Counted from the first letter of the stretch, positions 1-10,289 are shown. The stretch is DNA of 64,000 nt from Candidatus Cryptoclostridium obscurum (GCA_904420535.1 CAJFVQ010000009.1:7694-71693), one strand, 5' to 3'. Translations and numbers: made by a program. Notes: generated from the letters alone by a model not told the origin.

Positions 1-2
1 AT

Positions 3-746
3 CTAGAGGAAATTTTAGAAGTTGCCGACGGCATTATGGTGGCCCGGGGTGATTTAGGGGTGGAGATTCCCTTGGCTGAGGTGCCTTTGGTGCAGAAGAA
101 AATGATACATCTTTGTAACCAATGGGGGAAGCCGGTGATTACTGCGACTCAGATGTTGGACTCTATGACCCAAAATCCCCGGCCTACCCGAGCGGAAGTG
201 AATGATGTAGCCAATGCCATTTTTGACGGTTCCGACGCAGTAATGCTGTCAGGCGAGTCTGCCGCGGGAAAATTTCCTGTGGCGGCAGTTCGCACCATGG
301 CGGAAATCGCCGTTACGGCAGAGCAGTCTTTGGATCCCACCGCGTTTTGGGAAATACCAGTTGACGGTAAGGATATTCAAGTCAATGTGTCGGATTCTAT
401 TGGACGTTCTGTCGTTGGAATGGCTGCTTCCCTCGGAGCGAAGGCCATTATTATCCCCACGAATAGCGGTGAAACTGCGAGGTTAATTGCCCGTTTCCGC
501 CCTAACATACCAATGGTGGCCACCTCTCCTCATGAAGAGGTATGCCGCCGATTGGCTTTAACCTGGGGGATTGAGTGTCACTGTCAAGCAAAGTCAGAAG
601 GGACTGACGAAACAATTGGTGGTGCCATCGCCATTGCCAAAAAATACCATAATATAAAATGTGGTGATTTAGTAATTGTTACCGCAGGTTCCCCTTTGGG
701 ATTTACATCGAGCACCAATTTATTATTGGCTGCCGCAGTGAAATGA
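3..746 (+). CDS. pyk: pyruvate kinase, C-terminal part (5' end outside the window)
   Basis: Translation from position 3 reads LEEILEVADGIMVARGDLGVEIPLAEVPLVQKK. This is the conserved pyruvate kinase active-site region, followed by a C-terminal regulatory domain. The ORF is open to the left edge of the window. Confidence 0.85.
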   Translation, partial: LEEILEVADGIMVARGDLGVEIPLAEVPLVQKKMIHLCNQWGKPVITATQMLDSMTQNPRPTRAEVNDVANAIFDGSDAVMLSGESAAGKFPVAAVRTMAEIAVTAEQSLDPTAFWEIPVDGKDIQVNVSDSIGRSVVGMAASLGAKAIIIPTNSGETARLIARFRPNIPMVATSPHEEVCRRLALTWGIECHCQAKSEGTDETIGGAIAIAKKYHNIKCGDLVIVTAGSPLGFTSSTNLLLAAAVK

Positions 747-861
747 AAAACGATTCTCTTTCTCACTGTTTTTGCGTTTGAAACATAAAATATGTATAAA
801 ATATAGAGAAAGTGCGTATAATGTGGATAACAAAAAACGGAAAAGGAGGTCGTTTCGGGAT

Positions 862-1212
862 ATGGATGAAGCCGATAAAGAATACTTTACACTAAAAGAT
901 GTGGCAAACCGTTGCGGGACCAGCTATGGTATTGTAAAACGCGATATTGATAAAGGCATCTTACCGGCATACCGCGTGGGAAGAAAATATTTTATTGCCA
1001 AGGATGAAATGAGTGAATACGTTGCCAAGGCAGCGGAAAAGTGGGGAATCGAAGGTTACTCCATTCAGGATATCATGGGGCGCATCCCATTGAGTTACGC
1101 TTTCGTAATGGATTTAATCAAAACGGGAAAACTCCCTGCTGTGAAAGTCGGCAGGCAGTATATTGTTCCCAAAGGTGAATTCGAAAAGTTTATGGAAAAT
1201 AAAAAAATGTAA
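862..1212 (+). CDS. DNA-binding protein with two tandem helix-turn-helix (excisionase/MerR-like HTH_17) repeats
   Basis: Two internal repeats carry HTH signatures: YFTLKDVANRCGTSYGIVKRDIDKGILPAYRVGRKYFI and IQDIMGRIPLSYAFVMDLIKTGKLPAVKVGRQYIV. AAAGGAGG sits 9 nt before the ATG at 862. The ORF-track start at 772 has no RBS. Confidence 0.55.
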   Translation: MDEADKEYFTLKDVANRCGTSYGIVKRDIDKGILPAYRVGRKYFIAKDEMSEYVAKAAEKWGIEGYSIQDIMGRIPLSYAFVMDLIKTGKLPAVKVGRQYIVPKGEFEKFMENKKM

Positions 1213-1217
1213 GAAAT

Positions 1218-1243
1218 TCCCCCTCCAAAGGGGGATTTTTTTT
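1218..1243 (+). terminator. rho-independent terminator after the HTH gene
   Basis: TCCCCC-(loop)-GGGGGA stem followed by TTTTTTTT. Confidence 0.6.
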
Positions 1244-1417
1244 GCGGATGTCGAATAATAAATAAGGTAATAAGATAGAATTTGGTGGTTTATGCCCTTG
1301 ATGCTTTATGATGAGTTGGGGCGTAAATCGTATGGATGATTATGACGATATTTGATAATCGCTGAAAATGATTTAGTTTCGTGTCTGATTACTTCTCATA
1401 GAAAGGAGCGTGACCTA

Positions 1418-1879
1418 TTGGGGAAAGAATATCGGCTTGTTCGGCGTTGTAACCAAACAAGCACCCCGCAAAAAGAAAAAGAGGATACCGTAACAGAACT
1501 GAGCGAAGAAGAGCTGAATGCGTTAATCGATGCCAAAGTGGAAGAGCGGCTGAAAGAAGCAAGCGAGAAAAAGGATCGCAATCATGATGATTACGTATCG
1601 GAGCGCCAATGGTGGGCCATTGAGAAAGTAGCCGCTTATTTAGAACATTCCCGACTCAACGAGTATGTCGCCCTGATTGAAAAGCCAAGCCATTGGATGC
1701 GAATCAATATTATTGGCGGCATTGCCCGAGGTATTGGGATGGCCATCGGTTTTTCCTTATTGGGAGCCGGTGTTTTTCTGGTCTTACAGGAAATTGTTAT
1801 GTGGAATTTGCCGGGCATCAGCGACTTTATTGCCCAGATTCTCGACCTTGTGGAACGCAGTCGGGCTCTGAATCCATAA
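1418..1879 (+). CDS. hypothetical small membrane protein (DUF5665-like)
   Basis: C-terminal WMRINIIGGIARGIGMAIGFSLLGAGVFLVLQEIV is a hydrophobic hairpin typical of DUF5665-type proteins. The likely start is TTG at 1418, with GAAAGGAG 9 nt upstream. The track start at 1352 has no RBS. Confidence 0.45.
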   Translation: MGKEYRLVRRCNQTSTPQKEKEDTVTELSEEELNALIDAKVEERLKEASEKKDRNHDDYVSERQWWAIEKVAAYLEHSRLNEYVALIEKPSHWMRINIIGGIARGIGMAIGFSLLGAGVFLVLQEIVMWNLPGISDFIAQILDLVERSRALNP

Positions 1880-1904
1880 ATTAAAATCTTAAAGGAACAC
1901 TGCT

Positions 1905-2366
1905 ATGTTGTATTTTATCATCATGTTTGCCTTGGTGGCATTGGATCAACTTACAAAATATTTGGTGCTTTCGACCATGAGTTTGGGGCAAAGTATCCCT
2001 TTGGTGGGGGTTATTAAATTTACATATATTCAGAATACGGGCATGGCTTTTGGTCTTTTTCATAATGCCTCTTGGTTTTTTACAGTCGTTTCTATTATGA
2101 CTGTGATTCTTGTCATCTTGGTTCTGATTTTGTGGAAGAAGCCTTTCATTGCTCAGTATCACTTACCATTATCCATTGTGATTGGCGGTGCCGTGGGAAA
2201 TTTGATTGATCGCATTTTCCGTGGTTATGTGGTAGATTTTATTGATTTCACTTATTGGCCCGTGTTTAACGTAGCGGATATTGCCGTTTGTGTCGGTGTA
2301 ATTTTATTGGCGATTCAGATCTTCCGGGAAGGATCCTCAGAACAGGGAAACATAGAAAACAAATAA
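1905..2366 (+). CDS. lspA: lipoprotein signal peptidase II
   Basis: Four transmembrane segments with the conserved LspA motifs GGAVGNLIDRIFRGYVVDFIDF and FNVADIAVCVG. The RBS is AAAGGAAC. Confidence 0.85.
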   Translation: MLYFIIMFALVALDQLTKYLVLSTMSLGQSIPLVGVIKFTYIQNTGMAFGLFHNASWFFTVVSIMTVILVILVLILWKKPFIAQYHLPLSIVIGGAVGNLIDRIFRGYVVDFIDFTYWPVFNVADIAVCVGVILLAIQIFREGSSEQGNIENK

Positions 2367-2376
2367 GGAATGAAAT

Positions 2377-3300
2377 ATGTCAAAATTCATTTATTCGTTA
2401 AATACTTCCATGCGTCTTGATGTATATGTCAAAGAAAGATTCGAAGATCTATCTCGCAGCCGCGTGGGGGCTTTGATTAAAGATGGCAAGATCACCGTCA
2501 ATGGTAAACAGGTCAAGGCAGGATACCCTTTGACTCATGGAGATGAAATTGTTGTAGAAATTCCCGAAGAGGTCCCCTTGGAGATCAAGGCGGCGCCGAT
2601 TCCCCTAGATGTTATCTATGAGGATCACGACGTGATCGTGGTCAACAAACCCAGGGGTATGGTAGTTCATCCGGCGCCCGGCAATGAAGATCATACCCTT
2701 GTCAACGCTTTGCTGGCCCATTGTGATGATCTTTCGGGAATCAACGGTGTGATTCGCCCCGGCATTGTCCATCGGATTGATAAAGATACTTCTGGCCTTT
2801 TATTGGTGGCAAAAAATGATAAAGCTCATACAGCCCTGGCAGAGCAATTAAAAGAACACTCCATTCACCGTGCGTATCAGGCCATTGTCTGCGGCTCCGT
2901 GGCAGAACCTCAAGGGATTGTAGATTGTCCCATTGGTCGGCATCCTGTGGATCGCAAAAAAAGGGCTGTGACTCCTAAAAATTCTAAACCTGCGGTAACC
3001 CATTATCGCGTTTTGGAACGATTCCCTGATTTCAGTCCGGATTATACGCTAATTGAGGCAAGGTTGGAAACAGGACGTACTCATCAGATTCGCGTTCATA
3101 TGAAATATATCGGCCACCCTTTGTTGGGGGATCCTCTTTATGGCAAGGGGGATAAAAACCCCTTTCGCCTTATGGGACAGGCGCTCCATGCGGGAGAAAT
3201 TGGTTTTGTCCACCCCACCACAGGTGCGTATCTGGAATTCTCTGTGGAGCCCCCGGAGGAAATTAAAAAGATTTTGAGAGAATTGCGGAAAAGTCATTGA
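2377..3300 (+). CDS. rluD: 23S rRNA pseudouridine synthase, RluA/RluD family, with N-terminal S4 domain
   Basis: The S4-like N-terminus is followed by the catalytic motif HRIDKDTSGLLLVAKN, with HQIRVH near the C-terminus. Confidence 0.85.
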   Translation: MSKFIYSLNTSMRLDVYVKERFEDLSRSRVGALIKDGKITVNGKQVKAGYPLTHGDEIVVEIPEEVPLEIKAAPIPLDVIYEDHDVIVVNKPRGMVVHPAPGNEDHTLVNALLAHCDDLSGINGVIRPGIVHRIDKDTSGLLLVAKNDKAHTALAEQLKEHSIHRAYQAIVCGSVAEPQGIVDCPIGRHPVDRKKRAVTPKNSKPAVTHYRVLERFPDFSPDYTLIEARLETGRTHQIRVHMKYIGHPLLGDPLYGKGDKNPFRLMGQALHAGEIGFVHPTTGAYLEFSVEPPEEIKKILRELRKSH

Positions 3301-3325
3301 AATCAGAAAAGAATTGCGTTATAAT
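3297..3325 (+). promoter_or_regulatory. sigma-A type promoter for the pyr operon
   Basis: TTGAAA (3297-3302), a 17 nt spacer, then TATAAT (3320-3325). Confidence 0.4.
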
Positions 3326-3349
3326 ATAAAAAATTGTATTTCCTTTAAT

Positions 3350-3366
3350 GTGTCCCGTGAGGCACC
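3350..3366 (+). promoter_or_regulatory. PyrR-binding loop of the pyr mRNA leader (anti-antiterminator)
   Basis: UGUCCCGUGAGGCAC matches the conserved PyrR RNA box (UCCNGNGAGG). It sits about 100 nt upstream of a terminator and directly ahead of pyrR. Confidence 0.5.
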
Positions 3367-3466
3367 AAGGCAAATTTGATTGGCGGATCAAAATGATGCG
3401 CAATCTTTTTATGATGATTTTCGCAATATTTTGCTGTGGCAAATAATTGTTGGTTGATCGATAACT

Positions 3467-3498
3467 GCGCCTTGTCCTCTAGAGGACAAGGCGTTTTT
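3467..3498 (+). terminator. pyr leader attenuator terminator
   Basis: GCGCCTTGTCCTCT/AGAGGACAAGGCG perfect 13-14 bp stem followed by TTTTT, placed 33 nt before the pyrR start. Confidence 0.65.
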
Positions 3499-3530
3499 CA
3501 ATAGGAAATACGGAAAGGTTGTGACGCATT

Positions 3531-4085
3531 ATGGCGAGACAAAAACGGATCAAGTCTGAAGTCATGTCCTCTATGGATATTAAACGTGGTCTTACCAGAA
3601 TTGCCCATGAAATTTTGGAAAAAAACCATGGCAGTGAAGACTTGGTTCTCATTGGAATTCGCACCCGTGGTGTTTTTTTGGCGGAACGGATTGCTGCAAT
3701 TATTGAAGAGTTTGAAGGCACAAAAGTAGACGTTGGCATCCTCGATATTACCCTTTATCGCGATGACATCGCCGCCATGGGGGCAAATCCCATCGTAAGG
3801 GAAAGCCAGGTCCCTTTTGACCTCACTGGGAAAAAAGTTGTGCTGGTAGATGATGTATTATATACGGGACGTACCATTCGGGCAGCGCTTGATGCAATCT
3901 TCGATTTGGGACGTCCTTCTTTTATTCGTTTGGCAGTCCTTGTTGACCGTGGGCATCGGGAACTTCCCGTACGCGCTGACTATGTGGGGAAAAATATCCC
4001 CACATCCCATCTGGAAGCGGTGGAAGTCCGTTTGGAAGAATACGACGGTGATGACGCCGTTGTTTTAGAAGAATACATTGATTAG
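3531..4085 (+). CDS. pyrR: bifunctional pyr operon attenuation protein / uracil phosphoribosyltransferase PyrR
   Basis: [35 protein letters not shown] and the PRTase motif [21 protein letters not shown]. An alternative start at 3564 is possible. Confidence 0.85.
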   Translation: MARQKRIKSEVMSSMDIKRGLTRIAHEILEKNHGSEDLVLIGIRTRGVFLAERIAAIIEEFEGTKVDVGILDITLYRDDIAAMGANPIVRESQVPFDLTGKKVVLVDDVLYTGRTIRAALDAIFDLGRPSFIRLAVLVDRGHRELPVRADYVGKNIPTSHLEAVEVRLEEYDGDDAVVLEEYID

Positions 4086-4096
4086 GAGGTGACATC

Positions 4097-5026
4097 GTGG
4101 CTTTACCGACCAAAGACCTCATCGATCTGGAATTTTTGACTGCCGAAGAGATCATGGAGATCCTCGAAACAGCAAAACCAATGAAAGATGTATTGAAACG
4201 TAAAATCAAAACTGTTCCCGCCTTAAGGGGAAAAACCGTTGCCACGTTGTTCTATGAAAACAGCACCAGAACAAGATTATCCTTTGAACTGGCTGCAAAA
4301 TATCTCAGTGCAGGAACTTGCAATATCTCCTCTTCGGCGTCGAGCGTTGCCAAAGGCGAAAGTTTGCAGGATACCGGTCGCACCTTGGATGCCATGGGTA
4401 CGGATATTATCATCATTCGTCATAATATGTCCGGGGCCCCAAAACTTTTGGGGGAAGCCGTAAATGCCCGGGTCATCAATGCTGGCGATGGTACCCATGC
4501 CCATCCTACCCAAGCTCTTTTAGACTTATTTACCATTCTCGAACGAAAAGGGCAGATCAAAGGATTAACCGTGACCATTCTGGGGGACATTCTTCACAGC
4601 CGTGTGGCAAGATCTAATATCTGGGGATTAACAAAACTCGGCGCCCATGTACGTGTTTGTGGTCCGCCGACACTGATGCCCACAGAAGTGGAACAAATGG
4701 GAGCCAAAGTTTATTATGATATTGACGAAGCATTGGAAGGGTCCGATGTGGTAAATGTTCTCCGTATTCAATTGGAGCGCCAGCAGAAAGGGCTGTTTCC
4801 CTCCATTGAAGAATATGCTAAATGCTATGCAATGACGGAAGAACGGTTGAAACGGGCCAAAAGTGATCTTTTGGTGCTCCATCCCGGACCTATGAACCGT
4901 ACCATTGAGATCCCTACGGCAGTGGCGGATTCCGCCCAATGTACTGTGGAAGAACAAGTAACGAACGGTGTCGCCTGTCGTATGGCTTTGCTTTATCTCA
5001 TGTCGGGAGGTGGTCAGGATGAATAA
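4097..5026 (+). CDS. pyrB: aspartate carbamoyltransferase catalytic subunit
   Basis: STRTRLSFE, HPTQALLD and HPGP motifs. GTG start with AGGAGGTG 6 nt upstream. Confidence 0.9.
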   Translation: MALPTKDLIDLEFLTAEEIMEILETAKPMKDVLKRKIKTVPALRGKTVATLFYENSTRTRLSFELAAKYLSAGTCNISSSASSVAKGESLQDTGRTLDAMGTDIIIIRHNMSGAPKLLGEAVNARVINAGDGTHAHPTQALLDLFTILERKGQIKGLTVTILGDILHSRVARSNIWGLTKLGAHVRVCGPPTLMPTEVEQMGAKVYYDIDEALEGSDVVNVLRIQLERQQKGLFPSIEEYAKCYAMTEERLKRAKSDLLVLHPGPMNRTIEIPTAVADSAQCTVEEQVTNGVACRMALLYLMSGGGQDE

Positions 5027-6311
5027 GATTTTATTAAAGGGTGGCCGCGTCATTGATCCTTCTCGGGGCTATGATATGGTCGGTGATGTGCTCATCGATG
5101 GCGGGGTCATCGCGGCGGTGGCAGAGTCGATTGCGGCGGAAGATGCCGAAGTTATTGATGTCAGCAAAAAAATTGTGGCACCGGGACTTATTGATATCCA
5201 TTGTCATCTGCGGGAACCTGGATTTGAACGGAAGGAAACCATCGCCACCGGTACCATGGCAGCAGCAGCCGGTGGATTTACCTCGGTGATGGCCATGCCA
5301 AATACCAATCCTGTGGCCGATAATCCCGCCGCCATGCACTATGTGAAGAATAAAGGTGAGCAAGAAGGCCATGTCCATGTTTATCCCATCGGTGCAATTA
5401 CCAAAGGGAGTCAAGGGAAAGAGCTGGCAGAAATGGCTTCTATGGTAGAAGCGGGAGCCGTGGCCTTTTCCGACGACGGACGTCCGGTGGAGAACAGTCG
5501 AATCATGCGCCTTGCTTTGGAATATAGCCTAATTTTCGATTTACCTATCATTGCTCATGAAGAAGATCTGGATCTGGTAGATGAAGGTGATATGCACGAA
5601 GGTTACATGTCTACGGTTTTGGGATTACGAGGGATTCCCAGGGCTGCTGAGGAGACGATGATTGCCCGAGATATCATTTTAGCCCGCCAAACCAAAGCCC
5701 ATCTCCATGTGGCCCATGTCAGCACCGCCAATGGTGTGGAAATGATTCGGAAAGCCAAAAGGGAGGGCCTCAATGTCACAGCGGAGGTTACCCCCCATCA
5801 TTTGACCCTCACCGACGAAGCGGTGAAAACGTATGATACCAATACTAAAGTGAATCCGCCCCTCCGCGAACAGTCCGATGTAGAAGCCTTGATTCAAGGA
5901 CTCAAGGAGGGAATCATTGATTGTGTAGCTACGGATCACGCGCCCCATACCATTGAGGATAAAGTGATTGAATTTCATTTTGCCGCCAACGGCATCAGCG
6001 GTTTTGAAACAGCCTTGCCACTGATGTGGCACTATCTCGTTCATAGTGGTAAATTTACTCCCATGGAGATGCTCCGCATGATGAGTACTCGCCCGGCGGA
6101 GATTATGAAGCTTCCCGGCGGTACTTTGCAAGAAGGCGCTCCCGCCGATATTGTGGTCATCGATGAGACCTTGGAAAAAACAGTGGACGGTAAGTCTTTT
6201 TATTCCAAAGGAAAGAATACGCCCTACGAAGGCGTTTCTTTGAAGGGCTGGCCGGTGATGACTCTTGTGGACGGTATTGTCAAAATGGAAAACGGTGTGG
6301 TAAAGGAGTGA
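5019..6311 (+). CDS. pyrC: dihydroorotase
   Basis: MNKILLKGGRVIDP...DIHCHLREPG...DHAPH metal-ligand motifs. GGAGGTGG RBS. The start overlaps the pyrB stop (ATGAATAA). Confidence 0.85.
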   Translation: MNKILLKGGRVIDPSRGYDMVGDVLIDGGVIAAVAESIAAEDAEVIDVSKKIVAPGLIDIHCHLREPGFERKETIATGTMAAAAGGFTSVMAMPNTNPVADNPAAMHYVKNKGEQEGHVHVYPIGAITKGSQGKELAEMASMVEAGAVAFSDDGRPVENSRIMRLALEYSLIFDLPIIAHEEDLDLVDEGDMHEGYMSTVLGLRGIPRAAEETMIARDIILARQTKAHLHVAHVSTANGVEMIRKAKREGLNVTAEVTPHHLTLTDEAVKTYDTNTKVNPPLREQSDVEALIQGLKEGIIDCVATDHAPHTIEDKVIEFHFAANGISGFETALPLMWHYLVHSGKFTPMEMLRMMSTRPAEIMKLPGGTLQEGAPADIVVIDETLEKTVDGKSFYSKGKNTPYEGVSLKGWPVMTLVDGIVKMENGVVKE

Positions 6312-6315
6312 TCGT

Positions 6316-7089
6316 ATGGTAGAACATGGAACAATCCTCGCCAATGAAAAGGTTGGCCAGGATATATGGCGCATGGAAATAGCCGCTCCGAAGATTGCGG
6401 CGGTGGCCGTGCCAGGGCAATTCGTCAATGTGCGGCTTCACGATCGCATGGAGCCTTTGCTCCGTCGTCCCATCAGTCTTCATGGAATTGATACGGAAAA
6501 AGGAACCATTGCCTTCCTCTATTTGGTGGTAGGGAAAGGCACCATGATGATGACAGAAATGCAGGCAAGTCAAGATATTAATTTGCTGGGGCCTTTGGGC
6601 AGAGGATTTTCTTTGGATTTTGAGGGAAATCGCGCTGTGGTGATTGGCGGGGGAATCGGTTCTGCGCCGTTATATCCTTTGATCCAAGCGCTGCGAGAAA
6701 AAGGGAAACAAGTCGTACTGATTTTGGGAGCACGATCTAAGGAAAGTATCGTGGCTTTGGAGCTTTATCATGCTATTGGCGCTGAATGTAAGATCGCCAC
6801 GGAAGACGGATCCATGGGAGTGAAAGGTTTTGTTACCGATATTTTAGAGGAAGAATTCAAGAATGGAACCTGCGATTACCTCTATACCTGCGGCCCCATT
6901 CCCATGCTGCATGCTATTGAATCCATGGCAGAACAATACGGTGTCAAGGGCGAAATCTCCACCGAAGCTCATATGGGTTGTGGATTGGGACTCTGCCTTT
7001 CCTGTTCCGTCAAAGGCAAGGATGGAAGAAACCGTAAGGTTTGTCAAGCGGGGCCTGTGTTCAGATTGGGGGAATTAAGCTATGAGTAA
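6316..7089 (+). CDS. pyrK: dihydroorotate dehydrogenase (class 1B) electron-transfer subunit
   Basis: FAD/NAD-binding ferredoxin-reductase fold ([12 protein letters not shown]) plus C-terminal 2Fe-2S cysteines [11 protein letters not shown]. Confidence 0.85.
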   Translation: MVEHGTILANEKVGQDIWRMEIAAPKIAAVAVPGQFVNVRLHDRMEPLLRRPISLHGIDTEKGTIAFLYLVVGKGTMMMTEMQASQDINLLGPLGRGFSLDFEGNRAVVIGGGIGSAPLYPLIQALREKGKQVVLILGARSKESIVALELYHAIGAECKIATEDGSMGVKGFVTDILEEEFKNGTCDYLYTCGPIPMLHAIESMAEQYGVKGEISTEAHMGCGLGLCLSCSVKGKDGRNRKVCQAGPVFRLGELSYE

Positions 7090-7999
7090 AGTCAATACTA
7101 CGGTGCATTTAAGCGGTCTCACCATGAAAAATCCAGTCACGACCGGTTCTGGTACCTTCGGTTCCGGTTTGGAGATGAAGGACTATGTGGACCTCACAAA
7201 ATTAGGTGCCATTACCGTAAAAGGAACGACGTTGGAAGCTCGTCCTGGCAATATTTCTCCTCGTATCGCTGAGACTCCTGCGGGAATATTGAACTCTATC
7301 GGTTTGGAAAACCCCGGTGTCGATGTTTTTATCAAATATATATTGCCCCAGGTGGCTAAATACGAAACTCCCATCATCGTAAATATCGCCGGCAGCAGTG
7401 TGGAAGATTACGGCGAAATCTCTTCCATTCTCGATCTGGAAGAAAATGTGGCAGCATTGGAGATCAATATTTCTTGCCCCAATGTAAAAAACGGCGGAAT
7501 GGCTTTTGGCACCAACCCGCAAACAGCATATGATGCCATTCACCAGGTACGAAAAAACACATCGAAACCGATCTTTGCCAAACTCTCTCCCAATGTTACT
7601 GATATTGTAGAAATGGCAAAGGTTGCGGAAAAAGCAGGAGCCGATGGACTTTCCCTGATCAATACTTTGCTGGGGATGGCCATTGATATTAAGAAAAAAC
7701 GTCCCGTCCTCGGCAATGTAATGGGAGGTCTCTCCGGTCCGGCCATTAAGCCGGTGGCACTGCGTATGGTGTATCAGGTTTCTCAAGCTGTGAATCTTCC
7801 TATCATCGGACAAGGAGGCATCGTTTGCTGGGAGGATGCCGTGGAATTTCTTCTGGCTGGCGCCACCGCAGTTTCTGTGGGAACCGGTAATTTTTTAGAA
7901 CCCGATACCACCATGAAAGTGGCAGAGGGGATCGAGCAATATCTGAATGATAACGGTTATAGCGACGTCAACGAGATCATCGGTTTGGCATGGCGATAA
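7082..7999 (+). CDS. pyrD: dihydroorotate dehydrogenase (class 1B) catalytic subunit
   Basis: [20 protein letters not shown] and a TIM-barrel DHODH signature. Overlaps the pyrK end by 8 nt. Confidence 0.9.
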   Translation: MSKVNTTVHLSGLTMKNPVTTGSGTFGSGLEMKDYVDLTKLGAITVKGTTLEARPGNISPRIAETPAGILNSIGLENPGVDVFIKYILPQVAKYETPIIVNIAGSSVEDYGEISSILDLEENVAALEINISCPNVKNGGMAFGTNPQTAYDAIHQVRKNTSKPIFAKLSPNVTDIVEMAKVAEKAGADGLSLINTLLGMAIDIKKKRPVLGNVMGGLSGPAIKPVALRMVYQVSQAVNLPIIGQGGIVCWEDAVEFLLAGATAVSVGTGNFLEPDTTMKVAEGIEQYLNDNGYSDVNEIIGLAWR

Positions 8000-8025
8000 C
8001 GGTAAAACGAAAGAAGGAGAAGAAA

Positions 8026-8745
8026 ATGAAAGATAAAATCATTGTGGCATTGGATGTTCCCACCAAGGAAGAAGCCCTTGCCATTGTAGAAGAATTGGGT
8101 GACGCCGTAGGCGCCTATAAAATCGGTATGCAGCTCTATAATGCCGTAGGACCGGAGATCTTGGACGAAGTGGCCAAACGTAACGGCAAAGTGTTTCTGG
8201 ATCTGAAATTTCATGATATTCCCAATACTGTGGCATCGGCCGCTCGTACTGTCGCAAATCTTGGTGTATTCATGTTCAATGTCCACGCCAGCGGCGGCTA
8301 TACGATGATGGCCGAAGCAGTCAAAGCACTCAAAGAGGAATCGGAACAGCTGGGTGTAGAAAAACCTCTGCTGATCGCCGTTACTGTATTAACCAGCATG
8401 AGCGAAGAAGAAATGCAAAAGGAAGTCGGTGTCAGCCGAAGCATCGGCGAACAGGTGGTGGCATTGGCAAAAATGGCTAAGGAAGCCGGCATGGACGGTG
8501 TGGTGGCATCACCTCTGGAAATTGAAATGATCCGAGAAGCTTGCGGTCCTGATTTCCTTATCGTTACCCCGGGAATCCGTCCTCGTGACGCGGCGTTGGG
8601 TGATCAAAAACGGGTCAAAACTCCCGGTGAAGCCGTGCGTGACGGAGCAGATTATCTGGTGATTGGCCGTCCCATTACCAAAGCGTCTGATCGCATGACT
8701 GCGGTCAAAGACATCGTATCGGAAATCGAATCCCTGAATATGTGA
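8026..8745 (+). CDS. pyrF: orotidine 5'-phosphate decarboxylase
   Basis: MKDKIIVALDVP...FLDLKFHDIPNTV. RBS AAGGAGAAG. The track start at 7990 has no RBS. Confidence 0.85.
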   Translation: MKDKIIVALDVPTKEEALAIVEELGDAVGAYKIGMQLYNAVGPEILDEVAKRNGKVFLDLKFHDIPNTVASAARTVANLGVFMFNVHASGGYTMMAEAVKALKEESEQLGVEKPLLIAVTVLTSMSEEEMQKEVGVSRSIGEQVVALAKMAKEAGMDGVVASPLEIEMIREACGPDFLIVTPGIRPRDAALGDQKRVKTPGEAVRDGADYLVIGRPITKASDRMTAVKDIVSEIESLNM

Positions 8746-8772
8746 TATTATTTATATAAAGGAGAGATAATC

Positions 8773-9351
8773 ATGGATCAAAAAGAAATTTTGGAAATTT
8801 TTAAGAAATCCAATGCCTTGCTGGAAGGTCACTTCCTGCTCACTAGCGGCCGCCATTCCGATCGCTATATGCAGTGCGCTCAGGTGCTTCGCTTCCCCGA
8901 CTATACGGAAAAACTTTGCAAAGTGATTGTGGACGCTTACAAAGATGCCGGTGTGGAACTGGTTATTGGCCCCGCCATGGGGGGAATCTTGGTAGCATAT
9001 GAAGTGGCACGTCAACTTGGCGTTCCCAATATCTTCGCCGAGCGGGAAAACGGAAAAATGACCTTAAGAAGAAATTTCTCCATTGAAAAAGGACAGAAGG
9101 TTCTGGTGGTGGAAGACGTTGTGACCACCGGCGGTTCTGTACAGGAAGTTATCGACATTGTTCGGGAGCAAGGCGGGGAAGTGGTCGGCGTCGGTGTTCT
9201 CGTAGATCGCAGCAATGGAAAAGTTGATTTGGGCGTAAAGCTTTGTCCTGTCCTCTCGATGGAAGTGGTGAGCTATGAAGCCGCTGATTGCCCCATGTGT
9301 AAAGCCGGGGAATCGGAACCTTACAAACCCGGCAGTCGCAGTTTGAAATAA
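8773..9351 (+). CDS. pyrE: orotate phosphoribosyltransferase
   Basis: ALLEGHFLLTSGRHSDRYMQC and PRPP-binding VLVVEDVVTTGGS. RBS AAAGGAGAG. Confidence 0.9.
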   Translation: MDQKEILEIFKKSNALLEGHFLLTSGRHSDRYMQCAQVLRFPDYTEKLCKVIVDAYKDAGVELVIGPAMGGILVAYEVARQLGVPNIFAERENGKMTLRRNFSIEKGQKVLVVEDVVTTGGSVQEVIDIVREQGGEVVGVGVLVDRSNGKVDLGVKLCPVLSMEVVSYEAADCPMCKAGESEPYKPGSRSLK

Positions 9352-9365
9352 TTACTCTATTAAAT

Positions 9366-9411
9366 AAAATGATAAAATGGCAGGCGAAAACGCCTGCCAT
9401 TTTATCATTTT
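9366..9411. terminator. bidirectional terminator between pyrE and the convergent membrane-protein gene
   Basis: Perfect ~20 bp palindrome AAAATGATAAAATGGCAGGCG-aaaa-CGCCTGCCATTTTATCATTTT with A/T runs on both sides. Confidence 0.65.
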
Positions 9412-10289
9412 ATTCGTTTTTTCAAGTTTTCTCGGAGATCCTTTCCCTTCTGCGATTCCAAATGAGGGAAGGAACGCAGCAAGCGGCGCTCCTGGCGACC
9501 TTGGGTTTTTTTCAATGCAGCAAATGTTTCTTCCATGTGTTTTTGTTTCGCTGAACGCCAACGATTGAATTGTTCCCTTGGATCTCCCAAAAGTTCTTCG
9601 TGCTCCCGTAAGTGCTCCCTGATCCTTTCTTTCCCCTCTTCCATGGAGGCGAAGATTTCCGTTTTGGTTCTTTCCTGCTCTTCCAGCCATTGGCGGAATC
9701 GCTCCTCAGTATTCTCCTTGGCCTCTTCGAGTTCGTGGCGCAATTTTTCCTCGGCTTCCTTCAGACGATCCAGATGGTGGCCCAGGCGCAATGTGGCGCG
9801 GACGGAGAAGATCAAATCAATGGCCATCCCGACGGTGAAAATCGCCACAGCTACTTCGATCCAAAGGAAGGGGGCCTTGGACATAACGGTTTCAAGGAAG
9901 GGATGAATCACCATGGTCAATATGAGACAAAGAATCCCAAAGAGCGTGGAATTCAGAAGACAGACCCGTCCGTTCAGATTGAAACGATGCTCGGAGTAAT
10001 CCCACCAACGCATATGAAAGAGTTTTTCCATCAGGACACTGACCATATATTCCAGAGCGCTGGTAAGAACCATCCCCAGGAGGAAAATGATCGTAGGATG
10101 ATCAGTATAGGGGTATAATGCCTGTAAAATAATGATGGCACCAAAGCCGTAGATGGGACAATAAGGACCGTTTAAAAATCCCCGTTCCGCGAAACTTCTC
10201 TGCCCTACCGAACAATAAATGGTCTCTGCCACCCATCCCAAAACGGAGTAGATATAAAAATACATGACCCATAGGATCGCATTTTCCAT
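9405..10289 (-). CDS. membrane protein, DUF1113/CmpB-like N-terminal domain plus long charged coiled-coil tail
   Basis: Multi-TM N-terminus containing YIYSVLGWVAETIYC. The C-terminal ~120 aa are highly charged (EEKLRHELEEAKENTEERFRQWLEEQER). Preferred start is MENAILW, with AGAAAGGAAA 6 nt upstream. Confidence 0.5.
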   Translation of the reverse strand: MENAILWVMYFYIYSVLGWVAETIYCSVGQRSFAERGFLNGPYCPIYGFGAIIILQALYPYTDHPTIIFLLGMVLTSALEYMVSVLMEKLFHMRWWDYSEHRFNLNGRVCLLNSTLFGILCLILTMVIHPFLETVMSKAPFLWIEVAVAIFTVGMAIDLIFSVRATLRLGHHLDRLKEAEEKLRHELEEAKENTEERFRQWLEEQERTKTEIFASMEEGKERIREHLREHEELLGDPREQFNRWRSAKQKHMEETFAALKKTQGRQERRLLRSFPHLESQKGKDLRENLKKRIK

